Positions 27,416 through 41,055 are shown, numbered from the stretch's first letter. The stretch: 64,000 nucleotides of DNA from Chrysomallon squamiferum (GCA_012295275.1 CM022671.1:21762001-21826000), one strand, 5' to 3'. Notes: a model not told the origin generated them from the letters alone. Program-made: numbers and translations.

Positions 27416-29265
27416 AAGTTGAATGAAGTTATAATTCTTTAGTTGAATTATTAAAGTCATTATTATCTATGAGTGAAAATGAAACTGATAGTAATGTACA
27501 TTTTCCAAAATTATTAGTTATTATTAGTAACAGTGCATACAAAATGTTAAATGTGTAGAAACAAAAGATACTTTACTGTTCATTTCCATAATTTACTTTA
27601 ATTACTTTATGCTTTTTTTTTTTTTTTTTTAAATTTGTCATGCAGACAGTATTATAGTTATCATTATTATTATTAAAACTTGTCTTTCATGTTTGTCAGA
27701 CAATCAATGACCTTTCTTTTTTTTAAAGAAAAACATTTTCTTCAAAAATAAAATTCCGGTCATGTTAAATTTCTAGTAAAAATATTTAATGATCAGAGAA
27801 CGATTTCGGTATGTCCAAAATGTGCAAATTGAAATGATTGGCCATGATGTGTGTGAGTGTTGCAGCATGATGAAATCAAGAATGACTACAAGTGACAAAA
27901 ACCTTATTTTACACAGCACTCAAATACATTTAAATCTGACTTTTTTCTGAAGTTGAAAAATGTACAAATCACAATCTTTTCCTATATAATTTAATAAATG
28001 AGCCCTTTTTAAAAAATTATTTGGAATGGGATAATTAACAAAATATATGGACAGAGTTGGATAAGGCCAATGGTTCCTAAAAATAAAATAAAAATAATAA
28101 TATAGATTTAATATTATTATTAAATAACCTTTTATTTGTGTTGTTCTGTGCTTCTACCAGTTCAAGCTGCAGCAGAGACTTGATCTGCTGGGCAGACCCA
28201 TTAGCAATCCTATTCCTAAGTAATGTGGCCAGGCTTGGTTATTGGTCACCCCTACTAACTATGGAAAGGTGATTGCTTATTTTTTCTTCATTTCATGTCA
28301 AAGAAGCCATATCTGATCATTTATTATTTATTTTTTTCATTTTTAGGTAACTAGGTAAATTTATTTTTGTATAATGTTCTAAATATTACTTCCACCACTT
28401 CAGTTCTTGTTGTTTATTCCAGTGCTTTTTAAAATAGTGAATGATTTGCCAGAATTGAATGAGACTGCAGAGAAATGTGTAAATCAACCAAAAATAAGGA
28501 ATTATTTTTAATGAGTGAATGTTATTGAAATAATTTAAGGAGCTTTGGTTTATTTGCATAAATGTTTATCAATAATAATATTTAAAAAAAAAAAAAAAAC
28601 ACCTATCATTGTTAGTTTCTGCAAAAACATGTATGCTTATGAAGACATCAACAATAAAAAATTTAACAGTATTTTTTTTTAATCTTTTTTTTGTTATTTT
28701 ACTTTATGAAAGATTTGTTACATTGCATGTAAAGTTTCCTTGTTATCATTTGAAAAGAATATCTATTTACATGATTACAGTGCCTTTTCTGTCTAATTAT
28801 CTAGTAAATCTTGTCCTTGTATGTTAAAAGTGTTGAATGAATGCTTAACTAAAACTTTTTTCCTTCTTATTTAGAAGTATAAAGTCAGCTGAAAACATTA
28901 AACAGAAAATACAATATTCATGGGATCAATATAAAATCAAAATGGCTTAAGACTGAAAAAAGAACATAATAACTTGATATATTTTAATTTTGTATTTAAT
29001 CACTTTGCTTTTAAATTACAGAGTTCATGATGGTAATATAAAACGATGTAGCTGGTTCAGTATTCAAAGATCCAACCACCTGTACAGAGAGATATTTTTA
29101 TGTAATAGGATAAAAAGTGGAAAGAGAGTTTGAAAAGTACACAGTTTTTGCAGCTATTTATAAATGCTTCTTAATGAAAACTGGTACTTTCCATACCAGT
29201 GGCACTTCCACCATATTTCATCTTTTATGGTCTCAACCAGTTTTTTTTTTTTAAAGTTTGATTTC

Positions 29266-32200
29266 TCAAGTTTTGTGTTTCTTTTTCTTAGTCATCTCAT
29301 CAAAAGCTTTTCTCTTTTCTGTCAGCTTTCTTGCCTGAAATAAAAAAATTTAAATATACAATTAAAATTAAGAGAGACTGAAAAACACACATCAACACTT
29401 CCATGAATAAAATACTGACTCAACAACACAAAAATTCTTCACACTTATAAGGTTGGAAAAGAATAATAATAATAAAAAAAAAGACTAGAAATTTTGAATA
29501 AGAATTTCATTACATTTTGGTATGATCTTTTTTAATTGTACATTAATCCACTCTGCCCCCAACAGCAAATGATTTCCATACTGCTTATGTCACTGACAAA
29601 AGTTTAGTGCTTACTTCTTGAGATTTCTTCTTTTTTGAGTACATGATTTTCTGATAGAGTCTGCGTTTCTTCTTGGGAATCATCATTTCTGCAAGTCTTC
29701 TTTCTTCAGCTTCCTGGCTCTGTAGTTTCTCCTCCAAGTTTACCTTTTCTATTGTACCAGGATGAACGGCCATTTTTGCCTTAGGATGCTGCAAAATAAA
29801 ATAAAATTTTAAAAATATAATGATCATCTGATACTAAATAATAAATCCATTTAAATTTTTTTTTTTTTTATTTTTTTTTTACATAATTATAAAACTTGTT
29901 CAACAAAAGTTTTGGAAATAGTTGGTCCAGATGTTTTGTAAATGTTTATATTTAATTTAAATATATTTTAACCTCTCCATATCTACACACTGTTTTTTTC
30001 ACCAAGGAGGAACATTTGTTAGTGTGTTCAGAAAAAGAGGACTAAATGAAAACCATCCTAGACACTCCTCTCTCTATCAATTAATTAATAATATAAAAAT
30101 AACAAACCTCAGCAGATTCATCAGACTGTTTTCTCTTCATCTTTTTCTTTGTTTCTGCAATATTTAAATTTTTACTTTTAAGAACTCAAAACAATATATG
30201 CAGAATGATGCAACTTGTATTTGGGATTTATAATAAACAAATTCATTATCACTGAGCAAAACGTAATTTGAATTCTGAACAATTTTTAAAAATTATTAAT
30301 GTAAACTTTATCAAATAAATAAATAATGATTTGATAACTGAGATACATATTATTTGCCTTTTAACATAAATTATATGCACTAATTATATATGCTGTTCAC
30401 TGTACAATATACAGTTTTTCCTTACACATGCAGTTCTTACAGTAAATGTGTGTGTTTTTTTTTTATCTTATATCAACATTAAATTACCTCTATCTCCCCA
30501 TAGTATTTATTGTATATTACCATCACAACATTACCAGTTAAACACATTAATCATATGTATATCTCTAAATATATCATATATATTATTTCTTGCGCTACAT
30601 ACTATGCATTCACAAAACCTCCTGGTGAAAAAAGGTTATATATTCAGCTGTTATAAATAAATATATATATAAAAAAATACAAAATTAACTATCAACTATA
30701 AATTTTTAATGTGATATTTTACCTAAAGTACTCAAACTATGTGCATATAAGATACTTCAAATGATGAGTAATTGTTTAATACCAGCCACTTTTCAAACAT
30801 ATCTTACTTGTATCTTCATCATCTTCTTCTTCTTCTTCCTCATCTTCTTCTTCTTCTTGCTCTTCTTCTTCTTCATTTTGCTCTTCTTCTTCAGTCTCAT
30901 CACCACTTTCTTCATCATCATTCTCATCTTCACTAGTTTCATCATCATCATCTTCACCCAGACCTGCTTGTATTTAGAATATTACTTTTTAAAATTAAAT
31001 CTTCTTCTGAAGTATTAAACAGTAAGTTAAATACTTCAATGGTTGGTATTAGATTTATGCAGCAAGGAAATAAAATCATTATCAAAAATTCATATAAAAA
31101 CAAATGTGTACGATTTTCACAATACAAATTAAATATTCTGAATTGTACACATAAAACACACACACACACCTCAGTGTTTTTACATCAAATGTCATAGTAT
31201 AACCCCATGTTGTTCTATGTTAGTTGTCTTCTGTTAAAAATGAAATAATACAAATTTTAAAAATTGGTATTAAAAATATGTAGTTACCAGAATCTATTCC
31301 TTTCTGTTTTCTGAGGATCTCCTGTTTCTCTGGAGGAACGTAATCACCTTCCTGTTCTTCTACAAAAGGTGACAGATGGGGTGGTAAAACAGCTCCAGGG
31401 AAATAATCTTCCACTGGCAGCAACAACCGAGCATTCACTGAATCAAACACCCACTGAGGCTGTACATAATACCTGAAACAGATTTAGTAAACAGTGTATA
31501 AAATACACAGAAACAGATTTAATAAACAGAATACAAAATATCTAAAACAAATTTAATAAACAGTGTATAAAATAACTAAAACAGATTTAATAAACAGTGT
31601 ACAAAATACACAGAAACAGATTTAATAAACAGAATACAAAATATCTGAAACAAATTTAATAAACAGAATACAAAATATCTGAAACAAATTTAATAAACAG
31701 TGTACAAAATACCTGAGACAAATCTAATAAGTAATTTAAAAGTTTCCAGTTTATAAAAGTAATATGAATTCCGGAACATTTCAAGTTGTAAGAGGTTTGA
31801 TTTACAAGTTTAAAAGATTATTTTGGTTGGAAATTACAATAATACTAAAGAATGTTTTTTTTTTTTTTAAATGTTTACTATATTGTTATTTTAATATTTA
31901 ATAATATATTAAATACAGGAAAGAGTTAAGAATAATATCTACAAATATTTATTTATAAATTATAAACTGAATACTTCCACAACTCATCAATCAAAAATAG
32001 AGCTGTCTGTTAAGATATGGGTTTTAAAAAATCTCCTTGCTGATAGACATTAAATACAAGCTATACATAGTTTGTTTATGTGTCTTTTACCTGTAAGTCA
32101 TAATTAGTATATTTATTAATTTTTAGACTTTTGTAGGATTGACACTTTGGTATCACACTAAAACATACCTAGACAAATATTGCTTTTCCAAAGTTGGTCG

Positions 32201-35200
32201 GTCCACTATCTGATGTGTAATACTTTCATCAGTCTCTGGAAATGTGTATCCAAGGGAAACAGTTTTATCCCAAGAAACCTCTCCTCCAAATGATCTGCAC
32301 CAAAAAATTTAAATTAATTAATAAATAATAATATTAAAGAAATAAAAAAATTTTTAATATGAATTACTTATATTTTTAATCAGAAGTCAGAATCTTTGAT
32401 AAACATACCCCAGAAGGTAATGAGTAACAAATAAAGCATGAAATACCTCTAAATTATTCAGCTTACTTGCTGTAATATGCAATTTCAAAATTATTTTGTT
32501 TCTCATAACATATTACTTAAATATAGTAGACTAAAAATATTCAACATTTATTTACTTTTTTATAAAAATAGTAAATTTAATTCCCTCCCCCACCCCCAAT
32601 TAAGTTAGAAATAAAATAAATATTTATTAAAAGAAAATACCTGATGACAAATGTCAGTATGTCTCGGGGAACTTCACGATTGAGAAAAAACTTCAAACCC
32701 GTGAACAAATTCTGAAACTTTTTCAGATTTTCTGCTTCAAGCTTTGCTTTCTCTAAAATATCTGGATCACCTGACTGTAAAAAAATATATGAAGATAAGG
32801 ATTATATCAAATAAAACTAAAAAAAACCTGAACTGTATTGTCACATATTAAGACATTTACATTTACTATGTAACTGTGCAGAATGGAAGAAAAATAAACA
32901 ATATTTACATCTGAAGATGGGAAAATGTCCATCTGAGGTTCATCTTCTACTACAGCATCACCAAATGTTTTCAGACTCTGTGACAATGCTGCCAATCGCT
33001 GGAATCAAATAAAAATAAAAATGGAAAATTTAGATGTTTAAATATTTCCTCCAAATAAAATTTCTTCTAAATTAATGTGGTAAGATTTTTGTTCACAAAC
33101 ACATACATCTATATCTTTATAAATATCTACATCTACATGCATCTCCGCATCTCCATATATCTCTCTCTCTCATAGTGTAATATATTAATAAAAAAGAAAC
33201 AATATAATTAAAAAGATTCACCTCTTCCAGTGTTTCCTGTTTCAGACACATATCTTTTGCATCTTTTGCATCCGGAAGCTCGTGTTCCTCTAGAGCCAGC
33301 TAATAAATACCAACACATTTTTTTTTGTTCAATCAAAAATAAATATTAGAAAATACAAAGTTAACTAAAAGTTGCAGAATATCAGTAAAACATCTTTTTA
33401 AATTTTACATTCTTAAATTTTGCATAAAAAATATATTACACAGAATATTAATTAATAATGAAAAAAAAGCTAATAATTGAATAAACTGTATTAACTGGTT
33501 CTTTTTTTAATTATTTATAAAAAAAAAAAAAGAAGAAAGCAAGAAAGAAAATTTTTTTTAAATATTTGACATTTGACTAATGAAAAATGCTACCTGCTGA
33601 CCAAACTACAAATACTTAAAATAAATGTCTAATTCAAATAGTAAAAATAATCAGTAACAAAATAAGAAAAATGCTTTTAATGAGGAAAAAAAAAGAAAAA
33701 ATTACCTTTGGGGGATACTGAAGATTTATTGAAGAATACAGACGGAAATTTATGAAGCCCAAGAAAGTTGTGTAGAACTCAACAAATGTCTGCATGATCT
33801 TGTAATCTACATCAGTGGGGTGCTGAAACAAAACAGAAATAAACTCATTTGCAGATTGAAATAATCATTTGTCATTCCTATTTTATTTTTAAATCTTGAA
33901 AAATTACATCAACAACAATAAAGGCATCCCATGTTTCAAAATTACATTATCTTTATTTATTATTTAGCAATGGAATTTTTTTTAAAGTTTTACTAAAGAA
34001 AATAATAAAATTAATATACAGGGTGGTCCAAAAGTAGGTGGACAGTAAATGATAACATTTACTTTGAGATTACATAAACAATTATTAGATTGAATATTAA
34101 ATTTTATTGTGTACAATAATAGAAAAGCCCTTAAATTTTATCAACAAACCATGGTAATAATATAACCCGTACCCACATATTGTCCAACTACTTTTGGACC
34201 ACCCTGTATATATTTATTCACAAACACACATACATTACTAATATAAAAAATAAAAAAACTAATATAACATATATATATTTTATGAAGACTAAAATTATAA
34301 AGAAAATAACTCAAATTTCAATTAATTCAACATAATTCAAATATTTATTTGCATAATAGTATACTGAATATTAAACTGAGATGTTGTAACAAATTATATT
34401 TCATACCTGATAACCAAGTTTGTGTGGACACACCCATGTGACTGTTTGACCCACAATATCAGCCTGGTAGTAAATACCTTTTATTGAAATGAAAACCTGG
34501 CAAAAGAAATCACAGATAATAAGCACAAAATATTACTTGATATAGCTTTAAAACATTGTTTAGAAAAGGAATCTACAACAATCAACATAACTGTCTAACA
34601 GATGCACATTTTTGTTTTTAAAGTTTGCTATCAGTTTATTTAAAAATCAAAAGACAAAAATTATATTTATAGTTGTAGAAGATATAAAAAAACAGATTAA
34701 AAATAAAAAGAATTAAAAAGAATTACTACTTCAAAAATATTTGTATGATAAATCAAATAACACTAAACAAAGTATTCAAATTGCTATTTTACAAAATTTT
34801 AGTAAATATGACATTAATAATATATTGATTTTTGCAAATATAATGTAATAATATGTTTTTTTAAATTTTATGTACCTTTCTTAAAGACTTTGAAGCAATA
34901 ACATAATGCATGAACTCAACTGAAAATGAAGATAAATGTTTTGGTTTAAAAACAATACAGAAAAGATATAAACCTAAAAATAAATTTTATTTATTTAGTT
35001 ACAGACTTAAATAAAAACAAATTAAAGTTGACTTGTATAAGACAAAAGATTAAGCAAGACAAAAATACAAAAGACAGAGTTTACGTTTAAAATGTATTTA
35101 ACATAATCCGTCTTTAATAATGAACATGATCTATTACTTTATTATGATTATTTTATTAGCAAATTAGAAAGAATTAAAGTAATATTTTAATGGTAATTAT

Positions 35201-35702
35201 ACAATAGTAAAGCCTGCAACCAAGTGGAAATAGCCTAAAATATTTCTCAGATGTTTTCTGTTGAGGACTGTCTTAAAATTTGTTTCATTACTTTTTACAA
35301 TTTCAAACTGGAAATATACAAGCTGCAATCATTTTTCTAATGTATTAATTTTTCATAATTAGTGGTGTTTGTAATAAGCAAAAAAGATAGACAAATATGA
35401 AGTAAACTTTATTATAAATGTGACATAAAAATTCTAAATACCAATCAGTCTTTTGCAGAGATGAATGAATTCCACATATGTCACTGCTGTCTTGGGAAAT
35501 GTAGAAAAGAGAGCACACATTGATAAACAGTCATCTGCATCACGCAGTGCATCAGTGAATGATGGATATCTGCAGAAATAATTTTAAAAAATACAGTGTC
35601 ATATCACTTGAAAATAAATATTAATTTTTTTTTTTTTTTTTTTACTTGAAAACTAGATATAGGTTAAAAAACTGTTAACTAAGTTAAAAAAAAAAAAAAA
35701 TT

Positions 35703-35739
<37 letters not shown>

Positions 35740-38187
35740 TCCTACAATACCTATAGCAAAAACATATTATTTGTCTAAAATATATATCAAATCCATCTTC
35801 ATTCAAGTACATTTTATTGGTATTTAATAATGTTATTATACTCATTTCTATTATATATTATAAGTGAGGGTAATTATAGAAAGTATATTTACCTTTCCTT
35901 AACAATGTGATCAAGTTTATATTTGGGTTTGTTTGATCGAATTCTGGAAACTGCATTGCTGTTTTTCTTAGCAATTGCTTTTTTAAGTCTCCTAACAAAG
36001 TGCTGTCAAATAAATATTAAAGTGATTATATTTTATAAACTTAAAATCAATGATTTAAAAGAAAAACAAATTAAATCAATATGGAAGTAATATATTATCT
36101 ATATTCACATATTTGAACTACACTTTTGATTTAGAAAGTCAGAGAATACAGGAAAATAAAATATTACATATTTATGGTGCGAGCAGTGTACAAATAACAC
36201 ATAAATTATAGAATGTAGTAAAATAAAATATTACATGTGTTTTGGTGTGCATACAGTGTATATAATAAAAAAAATTCCATTTACATGTACCTATATATAG
36301 TTAGAATCATTATATATAATATAAGGCAGCAAAAAAAAATACTACATATTTTTTGGTTTTATGTACTGTGTAAATAACAGAACATTTTCCAACAATATAC
36401 ATTGTGAACTCTCAGTCAAATAGTACCAAGATACTACTTAAAAATAAATACACAAAGTATTTAAAAAAGAAACAGACATCTTTACATCATGGAAAAATAA
36501 ATAAATAAATAAATATATATATATATATATATAATATTAATTTAATAAAGGTCAATAAATATATAATAATATATCCTAGATATTTTAATACACACTTTCT
36601 AAAAATAGATGATAAAAATCAGATCACTTAGTAATGTTCAGATTAAGAATTACGTTTTTTTTGGACGAACAAAAGAAATAATTGAAATAAGAATCAAGAG
36701 TTGCTGATTCAAACCTTGAATTCACGAAACTTGTTGATGATTGGTTCATTAGCTAGAAACTGAATGTCTTTGTAAAAATAAAAGTCTTTGGAGCAGTACT
36801 GCCTTTGTTAGCTTTCTTTTTGTGTTTGGGTTCATGTGGATAGATTCCTTTCAAAATACACAAACGTCTGAAATAAAACATGACAAAGAAAGTTAATTTA
36901 ATGTATTAGGTCATTTTCATAAAGTCATATAGAGAATTACAGTAAATTGTTTTGGAAATTGTTATAAATCTATAAAATATATATTATGTACAGTTAAAAT
37001 ATAACAATATCAATAATTTATTAAGAGCAATAATTTCCAAGAAAAAATTCTTTTAACACTAAATTTTTACTTTTTTTAAAAAGATTTAAAAATTCAAGTT
37101 ATTTTATAACTGTTCTATTAAAACGTCTAATACAATTCCTTATTTGTAGTGATTTTATGAATATATTTTTATTCTAAAATGTTAAATCAAATTTTAAGTC
37201 CATAAAATTCTAAAATGTTAAATGAATTATCATATTTTTATGAATTATCATAACTATTATTATATACTAAATTGGCATTTACCTAAAATCCTGTAGAGAA
37301 AGTTGTAACTTCTTGATGGCCTGGTTTCTGGATATATAAGCTGTAGCTGTTCCACTCTCAAACTAAACATAAAAATATTTATTCAAATAGGAAATGTAAA
37401 TTTATTTCACTATTCTAGTATTCATAAAAAAAAAGAAAAAAAAGTCATGAACAATGCTAGGATTATATAAGTTCATGACATATGCATAATAATTTTGTAT
37501 ACAAAGTTCAGATAATATTATTTCAACAGAAAAATTAGATGTAAAGTCATTTAAAGATGTCGCCAACCTTTTAGCTCGGGGTCGCGAGATCGTTCTTGAG
37601 CGAGGGTATGTTTTAGCTTTTTTCAATTTAACTTGGAAAGAGGAATAAATAAAAACGTGTAGGTAGGTTTAGGACCCGTCATAGTGAAAATACATTCCTT
37701 TTGAACTCAACTGACTTTGGTTGATGAAAATATGGAAACCCTAGATATTATCGAATCAAAAATTTAAGGGGGTCATCGGTCATAGTGAGTTGCTCACAAG
37801 GGGTCGTGGTATGGAAAAGGTTGAAAACCAGTAATGACTAATATAAACATATCTGAGAGTGAGATCATCAGATGCATATAATTACACATTTTAAAATCTT
37901 AGTAAATACATTGAACTAAAAATCGGATATTTTAAAACAAGGTCCATTAATTCACTATAAAACAAGATATAACTCGACTAATGTCTTGGTCAAAAAATGA
38001 GTAATTAATAACGCAAAAATATTATTACAGTTTGAAGTTGAATTTCTAAGATCGGAAATATGTAAACAATGAAAACAGATGAATTAACTTTTAAAATGTT
38101 AAATATTATATTCAGATTTGATTTCTTATAAATGAAAAATTATTATTATTTTGCTAATGTTATAACCTTTTTCTTTCTTCTTCCCAT
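29266..38187 (-). CDS. PES1: Pescadillo homolog (PeBoW ribosome biogenesis factor), about 600 aa, 17 exons; contains an apparent 1-nt frameshift in exon 3
   Basis: Exons 38187-38167, 37362-37283, 36867-36715, 36002-35893, 35569-35442, 34919-34876, 34496-34407, 33822-33706, 33299-33222, 32998-32909, 32774-32641, 32294-32169, 31472-31288, 30963-30808, 30154-30108, 29788-29615, 29334-29266. Motifs: [60 protein letters not shown] domain (LNREVPR...THQIVDRP...[12 protein letters not shown]), LPPHLSPFV, acidic exon, [14 protein letters not shown]. Confidence 0.95.
31468..31730. repeat. 34-35 bp minisatellite (about 7.7 copies) at the 3' end of PES1 intron 12
   Basis: Unit consensus AATA(C/T)CTGAAACA(G/A)ATTTAATAAACAG(TG/AA)TA(C/T)AA. 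The first unit overlaps the exon 13 acceptor. Confidence 0.9.
34019..34206. mobile_element. Tc1/mariner-family MITE (188 bp) in PES1 intron 7
   Basis: TIRs CAGGGTGGTCCAAAAGTAG(G/T)TGGACA (26 bp, 1 mismatch), flanked by TA at 34017-34018 and 34207-34208. No coding capacity. Confidence 0.88.
36153..36380. repeat. Degenerate dispersed tandem repeat (3 copies) in PES1 intron 3
   Basis: AAAATA(AAA)TATTACAT...TGGT...(A/T)GTGTA...ATAA recurs at about 36153, 36220 and 36335. Confidence 0.55.
37546..37839. mobile_element. Degenerate hAT-Charlie-like non-autonomous element in PES1 intron 1
   Basis: CpG-rich island within an AT-rich intron. Imperfect inverted ends AGTCATT...CCAACCTTTT and AAAAGGTTGAAAACCAGTAATGACT, with repeated GGGGTC(G/A) subterminal motifs. 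No clean TSD found. Confidence 0.55.
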
Positions 38188-38398
38188 TTTTATTCTTCAC
38201 AGAAAGACCACAAGTAAATAAAAACAACTTAACACGTGCGTCTTTATACAAGGGACACAACTCTTGTATTAGTTTTCTGTGTGTATTTTCCAGAGGTATG
38301 GAAGAGACCAGTAGATTTTGTTTTTTGTTAATTGTTTATGGGCAGTACTGTAATATATTGAACAGAAATGCCTATATGTAATAAACAACACATTCAGC

Positions 38399-38467
<69 letters not shown>

Positions 38468-38770
38468 TGATTTCTAAAACTTGGTATGGGTTTTCAGATT
38501 TTGGAGGAAATTAAAGCCTACAACCCAAAATACGAATCTGACAAAAAAAAGGATTAAATTAATTTTGATTTTTGTCCCGAATACATATTAAGATTCCTTG
38601 AACAGATCAAATTATTATTTATATCTAACGTATGATTTTTCATCTATGTAATTAAATTTGTTAATTATCTTTGTGTTTATAAAATAATTATTTAAAACGT
38701 TCAATCCAGAAGTCTCAATTATTACAGAAACCGGAAACGAAGATTGTACAGAATAAATAGAGTGAAAAAC
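38188..38770. promoter_or_regulatory. Bidirectional promoter PES1/SUPT4H1
   Basis: 583 bp between divergent ATGs. E-box AACACGTGCG at 38231-38240 near PES1, ETS-like ACCGGAAA near 38730 next to SPT4, and an (ATT)n tract at about 38400-38466 between them. Confidence 0.6.
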
Positions 38771-39938
38771 ATGTCACTGGAAACTGTTCCAAAAGATGTT
38801 AGAAATTTACGAGCCTGTTTATTATGTTCACTTGTAAAGGTAACGATATAATCAAACAATAAGAATTAAATTCAATTATAAACTAAATTCAATTTGCATT
38901 ATTTTAAATATTTCAAAAGGAACAATATAAAAGTTTTGTAACAAACTAGTATATATGATAAATCAAATTTAAAATTAAATGGTAAAAAATCATCTAAATG
39001 GTTAAAATCATTATTTAGTTAAGAAAACACTGAAATGGTTCTAAAATACAAAACAAAAGAAATTTGTTATGTGTAATGGATGTCTATATTAAATATATTT
39101 TTACTTTAAGCTAAGACATAAAAATAATATAACGTACACAGAAACTACACATATACACATTACACATATAAATCTGTAAAATAATTACATTCATTGTAAG
39201 GTATGTCAGTACTGGTTCACATTTTTATGTATCAGTTTACTGAAATAATAATAATAATAATATAACAATAAAATAGCTTTGAATACTATTTTATTTTGTT
39301 GAAGTTTTCTGGCTGTTAGCATATAATCATTGGCAAACATGTGCACCAGTCAGACAGTTATACCTGCATTATTTATTTTATTTCCAAAACTGAGCAGTCT
39401 AATACTCTGTTTGATAAAGGAGGTGTTTGGAACATCTTATTCAAAGTGATCATCTTTCATCTCAGGTGTAAAGTGATTTGCAAACTGCAAATCTGCCAAT
39501 TATGGATTTTATCATAATTATGTAACTTTGTTGCCAAGGATTATAATGTTTCAACAAAAAGATGTCAAAATATCAGCTCACATTTGTATTTTTGAAAAAT
39601 AAAACACAAATATTTTAAGAAACTGATGTAAATTTAATAATTGTCAGAATTGTTATGTTTAGTTACATATTGTACTTAGTTCTGCATTTGTTTTGATTTG
39701 ATTAGTTATTGCACATACTTAAATATCTTTCTTATTCTTGTTACACTGCTACTACTACTACTACTATTTATTTATTTACTTTGTTTCAAAACAGACATTA
39801 GATCAGTTTGCATTTGATGGATGTGATAATTGTGAGGAGTACCTGCATATGAAAAACAACCGAGATGCAGTGTATGAGTGTACAAGTTCAAATTTTGATG
39901 GGTTTGTTATTTATTTTCCTTTATTATTATCATCATCA

Positions 39939-40006
<68 letters not shown>

Positions 40007-41055
40007 TAAAATGAAATATGGACTGTTCTAAAAGGCAAATTCTGAAAACACTTTGTTTTAGCATTCATCTGTAACTTCTAATGCTGTGTGTGATAAGTTA
40101 GTGCATATTTCCAGTATCTTTTATTAACCTCTTGGCTGATGTAAGTTAATTACTCAGAATATACTTTTTAAATTATTAACAGTATTTGTTAAAAATACAG
40201 ATTAGAGTTAAACTACATTAATTTATAATTGAATTTTGGTGACAAATGGAAAAAAAAAAAAAAAAATAATAATAATAATAAAATTATAAATACAGAGTTT
40301 TTTTATTTTAATGTTTATATTTGTTTTTATATTTTGTCATTTCCTTTCTTTAGACTGATAGCTATGATGAGTCCTGAGGATAGCTGGGTAGGCAAGTGGC
40401 AAAGAATAGGTTTGTAAATAACAATTTTTAATATCCTTCTAAAAACATTTTCAAAACCGTTTTATTAAATTATATTTGCCTTTTGATATATCACTGTTTA
40501 ATACTTTACAGATGGAATATTTTGTGTTTTAGATCTTATTTAATAATTGTTAGCTTACAGCTGTTTTTGTAAATCTGCATTTGTAAAAATAACTTGATTT
40601 GATTTTTGAAAATAATAAACAACATTTAAGTTTTATTTTTATAAAATTTTATAATAAAAAAGGTATATGCTGAAGTGGAAGTTTATACATCTTAAAATTT
40701 TATTTTTAACATTATCACATCAGTTACATTCTGAGCTTGAATAGAAATGCCTAAAATAACTCTTTTTTCCTTTCTTTTTCTTTTTCTTTTTTTTAATCAT
40801 ATTTGTTCCTGAATTAAAATCCTGATAAATTATGCATACAAGAGCATCACAATTAAAGATACAAATTTAAAGACTTTTTTTGTTTCTTTTTTTTTCCTTT
40901 AAAAAAAACTTTACAGTTTTTTGTTATTTTCAGCACGATTCTGCAAGGGTTGCTATGCTGTTTCTGTGACAGGAAAACTTCCCCCTGGTATAGTGAGAGA
41001 ACTGAGAGGGAAAGGAATCATTTACCGTCCCAGAGATATCAGTCAGAGGAGTTAA
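38771..41055 (+). CDS. SUPT4H1: Transcription elongation factor SPT4 (DSIF small subunit), 117 aa
   Basis: Exons 38771-38839, 39795-39901, 40354-40409, 40934-41055 total 354 nt. [40 protein letters not shown]...[26 protein letters not shown]...[12 protein letters not shown], with the four Zn-ligand Cys present. Confidence 0.97.

Noticed and set aside
27847-27939. C/D snoRNA candidate (ATGATGA at 27867, CTGA at 27936) with an imperfect inverted repeat
   Set aside because: No terminal stem, not in an established intron, and no recognisable rRNA guide. Such boxes arise by chance in AT-rich DNA.
30761-31018. Phe/Ile-rich membrane-like ORF
   Set aside because: It is the antisense reading of the acidic (GAA/GAT) PES1 exon 14.
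31468-31730. CRISPR-like regular repeat, also at 50544-50653
   Set aside because: The units are contiguous with no unique spacers, lie in eukaryotic introns and have no cas genes nearby. They are minisatellites.
29266-38187. PES1 as a pseudogene
   Set aside because: There is a single homopolymer indel, and all other exons, splice sites and motifs are intact in an essential gene.
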